Assembly (NCBI RefSeq): GCF_001194135.2
Contig: NC_068984.1
Location: 78,419,194 to 78,453,647, forward strand
Source: Octopus bimaculoides
Taxonomy: Eukaryota
Direction: 5' to 3'
Length of the DNA: 34,454 nucleotides
Of the stretch, positions 1 through 11,025 are shown in pieces (position 1 is the stretch's first letter; the number at the start of each line of letters is the position of its first letter). A program made the translations under genes and the position numbers. Below the pieces are notes generated by a model, which was given only the letters and a program-made list of their open reading frames with translations, was not told where the DNA came from and did no database searches.

Positions 1-64
<64 letters not shown>
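1..64. repeat. (TA)n microsatellite
   Basis: Perfect TA run at the window start. Confidence 0.98.
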
Positions 65-67
<3 letters not shown>

Positions 68-137
68 TCTAAGTAAAGATTTTGGCCTCCATGTCACCAA
101 TTAACTGAAGTTTTATTAGTAACACATGCACACACAC

Positions 138-426
138 CTATGGCTTAGTGGTTGAGGTATTTGGATCGCGATCGTCATATCCTTGAGCAAGACACTTTAT
201 TTCACGTTGCTGTAGTTCACACACCTGGCATGAATGAGTGGCACCTGTATTTCAAAGAGCCAGCTTTGTCACAGTCTGTGTCATGCTGAATGTCCTGGAG
301 AACTACGTTAAGAGAATAAGTCCTTTGTGGAGTGCTCAGCCATCTGTTTGCGTGTTAATTTCACGAGCAGGCTCTTCTCCTGATCGGATCAACTGGAACC
401 CTCGTCGTAAGCGACGGAGTGCCAAT
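138..426 (+). mobile_element. tRNA-derived SINE, family D head with its own tail
   Basis: A-box TGGCTTAGTGG at 141-151, then CCTTGAGCAAGACACTTTATTTCACGTTGCT, shared with copies at 10905, 24110 and 27843. The B-box segment appears deleted. Confidence 0.75.
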
Positions 427-454
427 ATATTTTACAGACGTACTTCATAGTTGA

Positions 455-531
455 GTCTCTGATGAAGCAATCATGTGTTACTCAGGCACTCAACTGAGTC
501 CACTGCATATTAGAGCAGAAACAGTTGTAAG
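455..531 (+). ncRNA. Degenerate Type I hammerhead-like motif
   Basis: CTGATGA 459-465, long imperfect stem II with inner ACTCAG/CTGAGT, GAAA 518-521, ACAGTTGT helix III, GUA triplet 527-529. Stem I is only 2 bp and A10.1/A11.1 are unpaired. Confidence 0.4.
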
Positions 532-595
532 CTTACGAAGTTCGTAAGATGTCTATTCCTTTGTCATTTATTTTTCTTATATATTATCATTCACA

Positions 596-610
596 TATAC
601 ACACACACAC

Positions 611-656
<46 letters not shown>

Positions 657-794
657 TGTGTGTGTGTGTATATATGTATATATATTAATATGTATACATG
701 TAATAAATATGCACTTTGTGTGTGTGTTTGTGTGTGTGTGTATATATATATGTAATACATGTACATATATGAACGTGTTTCTGTATAATATTTA

Positions 795-835
<41 letters not shown>

Positions 836-842
836 ATGTATA
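596..842. repeat. Compound (CA)/(TA)/(TG) microsatellite
   Basis: Visible dinucleotide runs; they explain ORFs 549-755 and 652-843. Confidence 0.95.
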
Positions 843-857
843 AAATGTTAATATATT

Positions 858-1010
858 TTTGAATGCAGAGACACCATTAGAACAGCAGAAATATTGGGTA
901 AATTACCCTTAGAAAATGGAAAATTTTGTCAATAAACAACCATGAGATTTGAATCTACATTTCTTGGAGACTCCAGTCAAATGCTTTACCTTTAATCTAA
1001 ACTTCCCACT
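858..1010 (-). mobile_element. Degraded tRNA-like SINE (family E), copy 1
   Basis: Diverged direct repeat of 1143-1290 (AATGCAGAGAC.CCATTAGAACAG.AGAAAT...). The minus strand reads GGTAAAGCATTTGACTGG...GTAGATTCAAATCTC, which resembles tRNA D and T arms. Confidence 0.55.
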
Positions 1011-1142
1011 GACAAATTAATATGCAGTTTTAGATGCTACAAAGCTAAATGTGCAACTATATGTATATAAATATAAGTAAACTAGAATTTTTTTTTTATA
1101 TGCATTGAAATGTGTATTGTAAGATACAATTAAGATGATAAT

Positions 1143-1290
1143 TTTTCAATGCAGAGACGCCATTAGAACAGTAGAAATTTTATATAAATGATCCTTACAA
1201 AGTGGGAAAATTTGTCAACAAACAGCCATTAGACTCAAAACCACATGCCTTGAAGAGTCCAGCCAAATGTTTTACATAGTTATATATGCA
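1143..1290 (-). mobile_element. Degraded tRNA-like SINE (family E), copy 2
   Basis: Aligns by eye with 858-1010. Confidence 0.55.
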
Positions 1291-1320
1291 CATAAAATAT
1301 ACATCTTTGTGCATACATAT

Positions 1321-1486
1321 ACTCTCTGAGTGGTTGGCGTTAGGAAGGGCATCCAGCTGTAGAAACTCTGCCAAATTAGATTGGAGCCTGGTTTTGCCAT
1401 CCGGTTTCACCAGTCCTCAGTCAAATCGTCCAACCCATGCTAGCATGGAAAGCGGACGTTAAACGATGATGATGATGATGATGATG
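1321..1486 (+). mobile_element. SINE family T 3' part with (GAT)n tail
   Basis: GAGTGGTTGGCGTTAGGAAGGGCATCCAGCTGTAGAAAC...CAACCCATGCTAGCATGGAAAGCGGACGTTAAACGATGATG recurs at 7975, 29810 and 33265. Confidence 0.9.
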
Positions 1487-2271
1487 TATGTATCTGTGTG
1501 TGTGTGTGCACATGCATTTTATTGCTGGGAGATTCACTTGACCACATAGTTTCCAGTTCTGTTCCACTCGGTTGTGTATTACCAGCCATGGTTCAGCAAA
1601 ATGCTTTTACGTGGGTTGGCGGGCCATCGCTCTAGAAAGCCCATTGTGTGCATGTTTGTGTGGGTGTCTCTCTATATGTATATGTGCGTGTGTGTGTGTG
1701 TGTGTGTGTATGTATATATAAATATATATATGTTTGTAGTGCAATATATGGATTTGTGGAATCCTGTGTCAATTATAGAAAAGCTCCTCTTGTGTACCTG
1801 GCTACTATAAAATATACTAATCCAATACAGAGGAGTATAATGTAGGGGGTCTTGGCTTCTGAAATCCAGGAGATCCAGCTTATGAATTATATTTCATGAG
1901 GACTATATAAACCATAAAATGTGTGGTAGTATGAAAGGTTAATACATTTATTGAAGCATTTGATGCCCATAGGTATGCAGTGGTTTTGCTGCTTTCGTCA
2001 TGTAATAATAATTTCTGTGCATAATAAATTCTTTTACATATCAGCACTAATATACATGCTACACATTGTACAATAGAACTTTAGAATTGAAGCATTGGGG
2101 TCACCATTATGTTCTGGCAATCTGAAGTGCCAGCTTTCTATATCTGCACTGTACTGTGCAATGTGTAGCATGCATATTGGTGCAGACATGTAACATAATT
2201 TATTATATGTTAATGAAGGCTGTGAAACAACTGTAATCCTACTGGATATACCAAGTGGTTCAGTAAATATA

Positions 2272-2445
2272 GACACCTACATCTATGTGTGTACGTCCAT
2301 TAGGCTCTTTGAGAGAATGTTAAAAGGCTGTGGGTTCTTGAAACCAAGACTGTTGCAGCACAATGCAGTGGTAACTTGTTCTTGCATTTGTGTAGCTTTC
2401 AATGCCAAAGTTTGGCACAATCTCTTCCAGGATCTTCAAGATGAT
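2272..2445 (-). mobile_element. Short diverged fragment of the same LINE family as 3885-5493
   Basis: CTACATCTA...GGCTCTTTG.GAGAAT.TTAAAA.GCTGTGGG...GCTGTTGCAG...GCCAAA.TTTGG.ACAAT...TTCCAGGATCTTC matches 4060-4265. Confidence 0.75.
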
Positions 2446-2489
2446 TTGATATATATATATATATATGTTCAACAGCAGGACTTATCCTT

Positions 2490-2631
2490 TCTAAGCCTAG
2501 TACATATTCTATTGGTCTCTTTTGCCAAACCAGTGAGTTACATGGGCGTAAACACACCAACATCTATTGTCAAGTGATGATGGGTGGCACAGGCATAGAC
2601 ACACAAATATATATATATATATATATATATA
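2490..2631 (-). mobile_element. SINE family A fragment running into its internal (TA)n and a gap
   Basis: Reverse complement of the family A middle (GTAAACACACCAACATC, CTATTGGTCTCTTTTGCC). Confidence 0.75.
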
Positions 2632-3026
2632 NNNNNNNNNNNNNNNNNNNNNNNNNNNNNNNNNNNNNNNNNNNNNNNNNNNNNNNNNNNNNNNNNNNNN
2701 NNNNNNNNNNNNNNNNNNNNNNNNNNNNNNNNNNNNNNNNNNNNNNNNNNNNNNNNNNNNNNNNNNNNNNNNNNNNNNNNNNNNNNNNNNNNNNNNNNNN
2801 NNNNNNNNNNNNNNNNNNNNNNNNNNNNNNNNNNNNNNNNNNNNNNNNNNNNNNNNNNNNNNNNNNNNNNNNNNNNNNNNNNNNNNNNNNNNNNNNNNNN
2901 NNNNNNNNNNNNNNNNNNNNNNNNNNNNNNNNNNNNNNNNNNNNNNNNNNNNNNNNNNNNNNNNNNNNNNNNNNNNNNNNNNNNNNNNNNNNNNNNNNNN
3001 NNNNNNNNNNNNNNNNNNNNNNNNNN
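2632..3026. other. Assembly gap (N); others at 3747-3853, 5657-5912, 11600-11894, 26773-26782 and 28331-28565
   Basis: N runs, each next to a TA or CT microsatellite on at least one side except where it abuts a SINE A copy. Confidence 0.99.
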
Positions 3027-3060
3027 GACATAAAGAGACCAATGGCATAAATAAATTTAT

Positions 3061-3276
3061 ATTTTATGTAGAATGTCTTACAGCTGTTTCAGGGAAAATT
3101 CAATGTATCCCTTCATTGGAGACGGTAATAGTAGAAGAATGGATTATTACATCTATCTGAAGAGATTTTCAGTAAGAAATGAGAGCGATGCGGAGAAGAA
3201 AATATAAATGTATCCCTCCGATGAAGGGATACATTGAATTTTCCCTGAAACAGCTGTAAGACATTCTACATAAAAT
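3061..3276. mobile_element. Inverted repeat (61-bp arms) carrying two divergent minimal hammerhead-like motifs, Penelope-like
   Basis: Arms 3061-3121 and 3216-3276 differ at one position. Plus copy: CCGATGA 3218-3224, AGGGA/TCCCT stem II, GAAA 3247-3250, palindromic ACAGCTGT, GUA. Confidence 0.6.
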
Positions 3277-3392
3277 ATGCATAGATATATATTTATATAT
3301 ATATTTAAATATATATATATATTTAAATATATATTTATATATTTTTATATAGATATATATTTATATACATATATATTTATACATAGATATAT

Positions 3393-3636
3393 ATTTATCT
3401 GTAATACAATATGTGACAATTATTCTGTTGCCATAATAAAACTCTGAGTTTGAGATGTCGGGGTGGAAATCTGCTCCAGCATCTTGTCAGTTATTAAGAC
3501 AACCAAAAATGCTATGAAAATGACCGTTAAGCATTTTTGTTTGTCTTAATAATTGACGAGATGCTGGAACAGATTTCTACCCCAACATTCGAAACTCAGA
3601 GTTTTATTATTGCAACCGAATAATTGTACAGATAAA
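3393..3636. mobile_element. Inverted repeat (~97-bp arms) carrying two divergent hammerhead-like motifs, Penelope-like
   Basis: Arms about 3417-3513 and 3530-3626. Plus copy: AATAA/TTATT stem I, TTGACGA 3553-3559, GAAA 3591-3594, ACTC-A-GAGT helix III. The minus copy has CTGACAA, so the two-copy consensus is CUGACGA. Confidence 0.65.
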
Positions 3637-3713
3637 TTCCTCTATTTACATAATATTGAGGTCTCATTCATTCTTTTGTTGTCATACTATTTCTATTAAT
3701 ATATGCATATATG

Positions 3714-3746
<33 letters not shown>

Positions 3747-3884
3747 NNNNNNNNNNNNNNNNNNNNNNNNNNNNNNNNNNNNNNNNNNNNNNNNNNNNNN
3801 NNNNNNNNNNNNNNNNNNNNNNNNNNNNNNNNNNNNNNNNNNNNNNNNNNNNNATAAATATATATTTATAAAAATATATATATT

Positions 3885-5493
3885 TCTTGTAGTTTCAGCT
3901 CAGAGCTGTGGCCATGCTGGAGCACTGCCATTTTGCTAATATGTGACACTTGCTGAAGAGTGGAGTTTGATGTAGCTACCCTCATTCGCACCTCTTGCTG
4001 TGAGTTAGGTTCGGCTGGAACTCTCGACAGGAAGGTCCAACCTTGATTTTAAAATGCCTACATCTACTTTGTGCAGGTTTCTCAGGCTCTTTGGGAGAAT
4101 ATTAAAAAGCTGTGGGCCCCTGAAACCCAGGCTGTTGCAGTAACTGGTCCTGAATCACAATGGCATTGCTGGGATCTTTGGCACTGTGCAGTGTCAACCT
4201 GTTCTGGCACTGGTGTAGCTGTCAGTGCCAAAATTTGGTACAATTCCTTCCAGGATCTTCCAGATGTATATTACTGCATACCTCTCCCGCCTTCACTCCA
4301 GGGAGTAGAATCTTCGCTGTTTCAGCCTTTCACAGTATCTGAGCTGTTGCAACAAGATGATCTTCTTTGTGAAGCTTCACTGGATTGCTTCAAGGTCCAT
4401 TGTTAATTTTACACTGTTGGGTGATCATAGCTGTGAGCAGTAATACAGGCGGCTGAGGACGAATGTCCTCCAGAGGACCATCATGGTTTCCTTATCTCTG
4501 GTTCCGAATGTTCTCAGGATCCATCCAGCCAGTCGTCTGCACTTTGTCACCATCCTGCTAATGTGCACTTAGAAAGAGGTATCATCACACATGTCGATGC
4601 CCAGGTCTCTCACTGATTTAGGCTCTGGGATTGTAATTCCCTGTCAACCAGTGTACCCTGTAAGTTTCATATTCAGTTCTGGACGATGGTAGTGCAGGGC
4701 TTGGAATTTTTCAGCATTGAACTGCATGTTATTATCCTCAGCCCATCTGTAAATTGAGTCCAATCCTGCTGCATATGTGCAACATTGCTGGGGTTCTGTA
4801 TTTTCTGCGAGACTTCCATATCGTCTGCATAGCTAGCAAGGGTGGCTATCCGGGCAGTTGAGGGCATATCTGAGAGGGCTACTATGAAAAGCAGTTGTCC
4901 CAAGACAATGCCCTATGGAACACTGCTCACTATTTGTGTTTTGATTGAGGTGGCTCCATTGGCCACTACTGCCTGACTTCTATCTTTCAGAAAGTCATGT
5001 AACCACTCTCCAAGTTTTCCAGCTATGCTGAGATCATGCAGTTTGTGGCATATCATACCATGATCCACTTTGTCAACAGCTTTTGCAAAATCAAGGTATA
5101 TTACGTCCACATTTGAGTTGTTGAGTTACTGCCTCAACACCCAGTCATAATGTTGCAAGAGCTGGGTCAGGCTGGGTATCACTCAGCAAGTTATTTTCTT
5201 CAAGGAATTGATTAGTTTCCCTCTGACTATCTGTTCCATGACATTGCTGATGTGTGAAGTCAGAGAGATAGGCCTATAGTCTTTGGCATCTGCTCTGCTT
5301 CATCCTTTATGGATTGGGCATATTATTCCCTCCTTCAGCTTGCTTGGCAGTCTGACATTTTCAAGAAAGCTCTGGAAGAGAATCTGGAGAGGTTTTGCCA
5401 GGGCATGCTTACATAATTTGAGGAGGATTGCTGGGAAACCATCAGGACCAGCAGTTGAGTTTGTGTCCACCTCATCTATGGCTAGTAGTATAT
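3885..5493 (-). mobile_element. 5'-truncated non-LTR retrotransposon (CR1/L2-like), RT and C-terminal region, disabled
   Basis: Minus-strand peptides AGPDGFPAILLK, DYRPISLTSHI, YLDFAKAVDKVDH, VP/QGIVLGQLLF, YADD, SLGFRGPQLFNILP and VPAEP. Contains stops, frameshifts and a deletion of the HGFR..RSC motif. Confidence 0.92.
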
Positions 5494-5656
5494 CTTTTTC
5501 ACTGGTTTGTTTACATCCCCGTGCCTTAGCGGTTCGGCAAAAGAGACTGATAGAATAAGTACTAGGCTTTCAAAGAATAAGTCTTGGGGTCAATTTGCTC
5601 GACTAAAGGTGGTGCTCCAGCATGGCCGCAGTCAAATGACTGAAACAAGTGAAGAG
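5494..5656 (+). mobile_element. SINE family A 3' half
   Basis: TTAGCGGTTCGGCAAAAGAGAC...GGTGCTCCAGCATGGCCGCAGTCAAATGACTGAAACAAG, repeated at 8630, 18965, 19600 and 28185. Confidence 0.9.
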
Positions 5657-5912
5657 NNNNNNNNNNNNNNNNNNNNNNNNNNNNNNNNNNNNNNNNNNNN
5701 NNNNNNNNNNNNNNNNNNNNNNNNNNNNNNNNNNNNNNNNNNNNNNNNNNNNNNNNNNNNNNNNNNNNNNNNNNNNNNNNNNNNNNNNNNNNNNNNNNNN
5801 NNNNNNNNNNNNNNNNNNNNNNNNNNNNNNNNNNNNNNNNNNNNNNNNNNNNNNNNNNNNNNNNNNNNNNNNNNNNNNNNNNNNNNNNNNNNNNNNNNNN
5901 NNNNNNNNNNNN

Positions 5913-5961
<49 letters not shown>

Positions 5962-6240
5962 CACATACATATAAATTGATAAAAATTAGGAAGACTGAGA
6001 TTTACCTATCCAGGTTTTATTATATATATTTAATCACATATTTCCATGTGAGTACCTACACGTGTTTCTGTTGCATATAGAGACATGGATTTATCTAAGT
6101 GAGGGTTAATGAGTATAGTAAAGTAAACTAACTGGAGTTCATGTACATTGACTGAGGTTAGCCAACATTGTTAACCAGGTAAAGCGAACATGGTACGCAG
6201 TAGGACTGTATAACTTTATAAACCTATTTTGGAAATTTAC

Positions 6241-6290
<50 letters not shown>

Positions 6291-6304
6291 ATATATGTAT
6301 AAAA

Positions 6305-6540
6305 TCATCATCATAAGTCTCTTTTCCATGCTAGTATAGGTTGGACAGTTTGACCAGAGGTAGCCAGTTGGAGAGCTGTAGAAGGTTCCAACCTGATTTG
6401 GTTTGGTTTTTACGTCTGGATGTCATTCTTAATGCCAACCACTTTGCAGGGTGTGTTGGGTGCTTTTTTATGTGACACCGGCATGGTTGTCTGTCTTTTG
6501 GATTGCCATATGCGCTTTCTACATGTACTGGCATGGGTGC
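6305..6540 (-). mobile_element. Degraded SINE family T
   Basis: TTTTCCATGCTAG...GGTTGGAC...AATGCCAACCACTT, the reverse complement of the T tail. Confidence 0.65.
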
Positions 6541-6606
6541 TCTTTATGTGAACTTGCATGGAACACATGCATACACGCGAGCACACACACACACATACAA
6601 CAAATT

Positions 6607-6975
6607 TCACTTTGCAATCACATGATTTCAGGTTTAGTTCTGCGTGGCACCTTGGGCAAGTGTCTTCTAGTTTAATCCTGTTTGGTGAATCTATGCCCTA
6701 TGAATGAATTTAGTAGATGAATATAGGGTAGCAGCCCATCATATATATGTATCAATGTGTACCTATGTGTTTGTGTCCCCCAACTACACCGAGTTATAAC
6801 CGGTGTTGGTTTCTTTACATCCTCACAACTTAGCAGCCGAACGAAAGAGATCAGCAGGATAAGTACCTGACTAGAAAAGCAAAGACTAAGTACTAAAGGT
6901 GATTTGTTGAATTAAACCCTTGAAGTTATTGCTACATTATGGCCACAGGTCAGTGACTGAAACAAGTAAAGGAAA
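6607..6975 (+). mobile_element. Degraded SINE family A, near full length
   Basis: GGCACCTTGGGCAAGTGTCTTCTA, then a microsatellite, then ATGGCCACAGG...GACTGAAACAAGTAAAG. Confidence 0.75.
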
Positions 6976-7974
6976 TGCACACGCATGCACGTACGCACGC
7001 CGATATCGTCTTTGACATGATTTCTATGGCTACCTGCCCTTCTTAGAACCAACCATTTAACAGAGTGTACTGGGTGCTTTTCCCATGTCACCATCATCAT
7101 TGAGGTTGTCATATAACCAATAAGACCAAAAAGAAGAGAGAAGGATGAGAAAGAAAGGGGGTGATTGTCTTTGCCTTTCAGTATATATTGTAGTGTAAGT
7201 AGGTCTGTGTGAATGCATGCTTTTGTGTTACCACAAGTGTGTCTTTGTATTACCACAAGTGTGTCTTTGTATTTGTTGGTGTTCTCCAAGTCATGCCTGA
7301 CCGAACATCTCTACATGTGTTGCAACTGAATATATATATTGTGGTATATTGTGTACAGAATTACACTATCTAATGTGTCCTTCCTTTCTGAAGTCAGTGG
7401 TGTGTGATTGAGGAGGTATTTGGTAGCTATTTCTTCTATATGTGTGTGTGCGTGTCAATCTTTGTGTTTGTATTTATGAACAGTCATCTAAATATGTGTG
7501 TGTATATGTTTTGTTTTTAACAGTGTGTGTATCTCTGGTGGAGATGTGTGTTTGTCTTTTTGTTTCTTGATACAATTTAACTTCAGGCAATGCTGATACT
7601 GTAGATATGTAATCAAAGGCATTTCAGCCATATTAATCTTGTTGTTTATTAAAAATTTATTTTGTCAGCGTGATACCTTGGCCTACATTATCAAATTCTT
7701 CCTGCCACTTCTTAAGATGCTAATTTGTAATTCAAGTGATCTTTCTAGCAATGCAAAATACCACGTAAAAACTCTCCTTTTAGGTCAGTTTTTCATACAA
7801 ACTCACACCTTCAGATTCAGAGATAAGATATGTTCCACATTTCTCTCTCTCTATGTCTGGTAACTGAAAGAATAGTCTACATAATGTATTATAACCTGGT
7901 CCATAGTTAGACATGATACCCTGGAAGACAACAGTACAAGTATGTGTTGTACCTATTTCTGGTATGAAGTATTC

Positions 7975-8305
7975 ATGTCATCATCATCATCATCATCGTC
8001 GTTTAACGTCCGCTTTCCATGCTAGCATGGGTTGGACGATTTGACTGAGGACTGGTGAAACCAGATGGCTACACCTGGCCCCAATCTGATTTGGCAGAGT
8101 TTCTACAGCTGGATGCCCTTCCTAATGCCAACCACTCCGAGAGTGTAGTGGGTGCTTTTACGTGCCACCGGCACGAAGGCCAGTCAGGCGGTACTGGTAA
8201 CGGCCACGCTCAAAATGGTGTATTTTATGTGCCACCCGCACAAGAGCCAGTCCAGGGGCACTGGCAACGATCTCGCTCGAAAGTCCTTACACATGCCACA
8301 GGCAC
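7975..8305 (-). mobile_element. SINE family T with internal ~65-bp modules
   Basis: High similarity to 29635-29962 and 32996-33440. ORFs 8055-8468 and 8152-8385 are read-through of this repeat. Confidence 0.9.
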
Positions 8306-8571
8306 AAGTGCATCATTTTTTTGTTGTGTTGATTGTAATGTGTATGTTTCTGTATGCCTGCATGTATGGCTGCAAATGGGATTGACTGGTAAGACATTCA
8401 TGTTACTGTTGTATTATCCACTTTCAATCTTACTGTATGACCTTTTGAGAAGAGGTCTTTTATTTTAGCCCAGATTCAAATCAACCTATTGGAATAAAAT
8501 CTGATTGTCAGAAACTGTGTGGAAACCTGTCAGAGGAACTCTGTCAGTAAATAAAATGATAAAATGTCCGT

Positions 8572-8629
<58 letters not shown>

Positions 8630-8636
<7 letters not shown>

Positions 8637-8848
8637 CTTTGTGTCTGTGTTTGTCCCCTCCCCCATCACTGCTTGACAACTGGTGTTGGTGTGTTTAGAT
8701 CCCTGTAAATTAGTGGTTCAGCAAAGGAGATTGATAGTATAAGTGCTAGGCTTAAAAAAGAAGCCCTGGGGTCAATTTGTTTGGCTGAAATCCCCGAAGG
8801 TGGTGCTCCAGCATAGCCACAGTCAGATGACTGAAACATGTAAAAGAA
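8630..8848 (+). mobile_element. SINE family A 3' half after (TA)n
   Basis: Aligns with 5494-5656 and 19600-19800. Confidence 0.85.
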
Positions 8849-9074
8849 TTTATACATTTACACATGCACACAGACATGCACATTTATATAAGTATATTTA
8901 TGCATATGTATATATGATGATGGACTTTCCTGTTGAAGATGACAAATGAGCTTTCAGATTTTGCTAAATGACCTGTGCATATGTGTTGTTTATAGTCATG
9001 AAATGTTTGTGCCACACATCAGCTCACTCCCTCCATCAAATCTATGGGATGTGGCTGTGTGCTAAGTGGAGGTG

Positions 9075-9515
9075 CAAATGTGGCTATGTGGTGAGAAGTT
9101 TGTTCTTCTCAGTCATATATTTGTTACTTCAGTTCCACTCAGTGGTACCTTGGGCAAGTGACTTATAATATTGCCCTGGGCCAAGCCAAACCTAAAACCT
9201 TGTGGGTGAATTTGGTAAATAGAAACTGAAAGAAGCCTGTCATATGTGTATATATGCTTGTGTATGTGTGTGTTACTGTCTCTTTGTCTTGATTTTGCTT
9301 CATAATTGTAAACCAGTGTCACTGTTGTGCAAGCAGTGTCTTTTATTTCCAGTGTTCCATGAAAACATCTCTGGGCTTCAGGAATTATTACCCAGTTGGA
9401 ACAGGTGATGGTTAGTGACAGGAAGAGCATCTGGGTCTTGAAAAATCTGCTGCAATATATTCCATCTGACCTAGCAGGCATACGGAAGTGGATATTAAAA
9501 CAATGATGATGATAT
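9075..9515 (+). mobile_element. SINE family B (A-type head, microsatellite, B middle, T-like tail)
   Basis: Head CCTTGGGCAAGTG...GAAACTGAAAGAAGCC, middle GCAAGCAGTGTC...GTTAGTGACAGGAAG, (GAT)n end. Matches 10135-10568. Confidence 0.8.
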
Positions 9516-9566
9516 TATATATATATTGCGTATCTTTGTAAAATGTCTCTCTCTCTCTACCCCTCT

Positions 9567-9600
<34 letters not shown>

Positions 9601-10134
9601 TAGCAAAATATCTGGTATTACCCAGACTGGAAATTAGTTCTAACTGGTTCAGAATTGTTCTTAATGAAGCCATATTTAGTTCAACAGAATGCTATTGCAT
9701 TTCTCTTGAAATATTATCTTTGTTATAGGAAATGAAATTGTTTCCCAATACTTCAGTAGCATTCCACTGTCTAATGCACTGTTGTACAGTCAGGCATTCA
9801 AATATTTATAGTATATCGTATTAATTTGTGTAAATGATATATATCTAATTCAAGCACATTTAATAAGAATACTGGATTAAGTAAATGTGAATTTAGTTAC
9901 GTTTCTTTTGTAGCTATTATTGAACATAATAATATATTATTATCTTTAATTCTTGAAATTTTCTCTAATTCTTAAAATAATTTAAACAGTGAGTCAGAAA
10001 GTAAACCACCTGTGGAAATAAAATCAATCTTGTTGCTGAACTGTCAAAATTAGTAGAATATACGGCCCTAGTATTTTTTTTCTTTTGGTCTGTTGTCATT
10101 CATATGACATTATATGTGTAAACATTATATGATG

Positions 10135-10568
10135 CAGATATGGTGTGTGATAAAATGTTTGCTTTCAAGCCACATGGTTCTTGGTTCAGTCCCACTGTGG
10201 AGGCACCTTGGGCAATTGTCTTCTAATATAGCCCTGGACCAACTAAAGCCTTCTGAGTTGACTTGGTGGACAAAAACTGAAAGAACCCTGTTATATGTAT
10301 ATGTGTGTGTATATATGAATGTATGTGTGTTACTGTCTCTGTGCCTCCACATTGCATGATAGTCGTAAACAAGTGTCACCATCATGCAAGCAGTGTCCTT
10401 CATTTCCATTGTTCTGTGAAAGTATGTCTGGTCATGGGGATATATTGCCTTGCTTGGAAACAGGTATGGGTTAGTGACAGGAAGGGCCTCTGGCTGATCA
10501 AAATCTACCTCAATAATTTCCATGCAACCCTTGCTAGCATGGAAAAGTGAACTTCAAAACAATGATGG
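10135..10568 (+). mobile_element. SINE family B
   Basis: TTCAGTCCCACTG B-box-like region, GGCACCTTGGGCAA, B middle, CAACCCTTGCTAGCATGGAAAAG tail. Confidence 0.85.
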
Positions 10569-10904
10569 TACATAGTTTGAAAGGTTGTTGTTAGTTTGAG
10601 GGATGTCATGTTTTTGAAGTTCTTAGTCATTTATACTCGTGAGCTTGTTGGTGAAGTCTATATTATATATTTCAATTGTGCAACCTTTGTGCTTGCAAGG
10701 GTAGATATGTTGGGCTCAATTCTTATAATTTTCAGTAGGGTCATTGTTGAAATTGGAGCACAGCTGAAGGATTGAATTGTTCAAAGCATTTTAACAGCAT
10801 TTGAAAACACACTTAAGTTTCTTGGCTGTTGGTGATAGAGCAGCTACTAATGGAAATCATTCTCCAGTGATCCAAATATAAAGCATGTCTCTATGTGTGT
10901 GTGT

Positions 10905-11025
10905 GTGAAGGCCCATGGCCTAGTGGTGAGGGTGTTGCACTCAGGATTGCTAGATTATGGCTTCAATTCCTGGATTAGGTGACATGTGTTCTTGAGCAAA
11001 ACACTTCATTTCATTTTGCTCTAGT
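10905..11025 (+). mobile_element. SINE family D head only
   Basis: ATGGCCTAGTGG A-box, TTCAATTCC B-box, CTTGAGCAAAACACTTCATTTCA. Confidence 0.75.

Noticed and set aside
549-843. ORFs rich in YI/CV/HT dipeptides here and throughout the track (for example 19159-20607, 22631-23016, 28872-29348, 32677-33009)
   Set aside because: Translations of (TA)n, (TG)n, (AAT)n and (CTA)n microsatellites.
1195-1410. Recurring peptide MKPDG...LAEFLQLDALPNANHSES (also 8055, 29637)
   Set aside because: Antisense translation of the SINE T tail, not a gene family.
2509-3160. Long ORFs spanning N runs (also 5507-6080, 11404-12039, 28294-28733)
   Set aside because: Artefacts of assembly gaps.
8040-8070. CTGAGGA-CTGGT-GAAAC in the antisense of the T tail (also at about 1400-1420)
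   Set aside because: No stem II or stem I pairing and no proper UH site, so not counted as a hammerhead.
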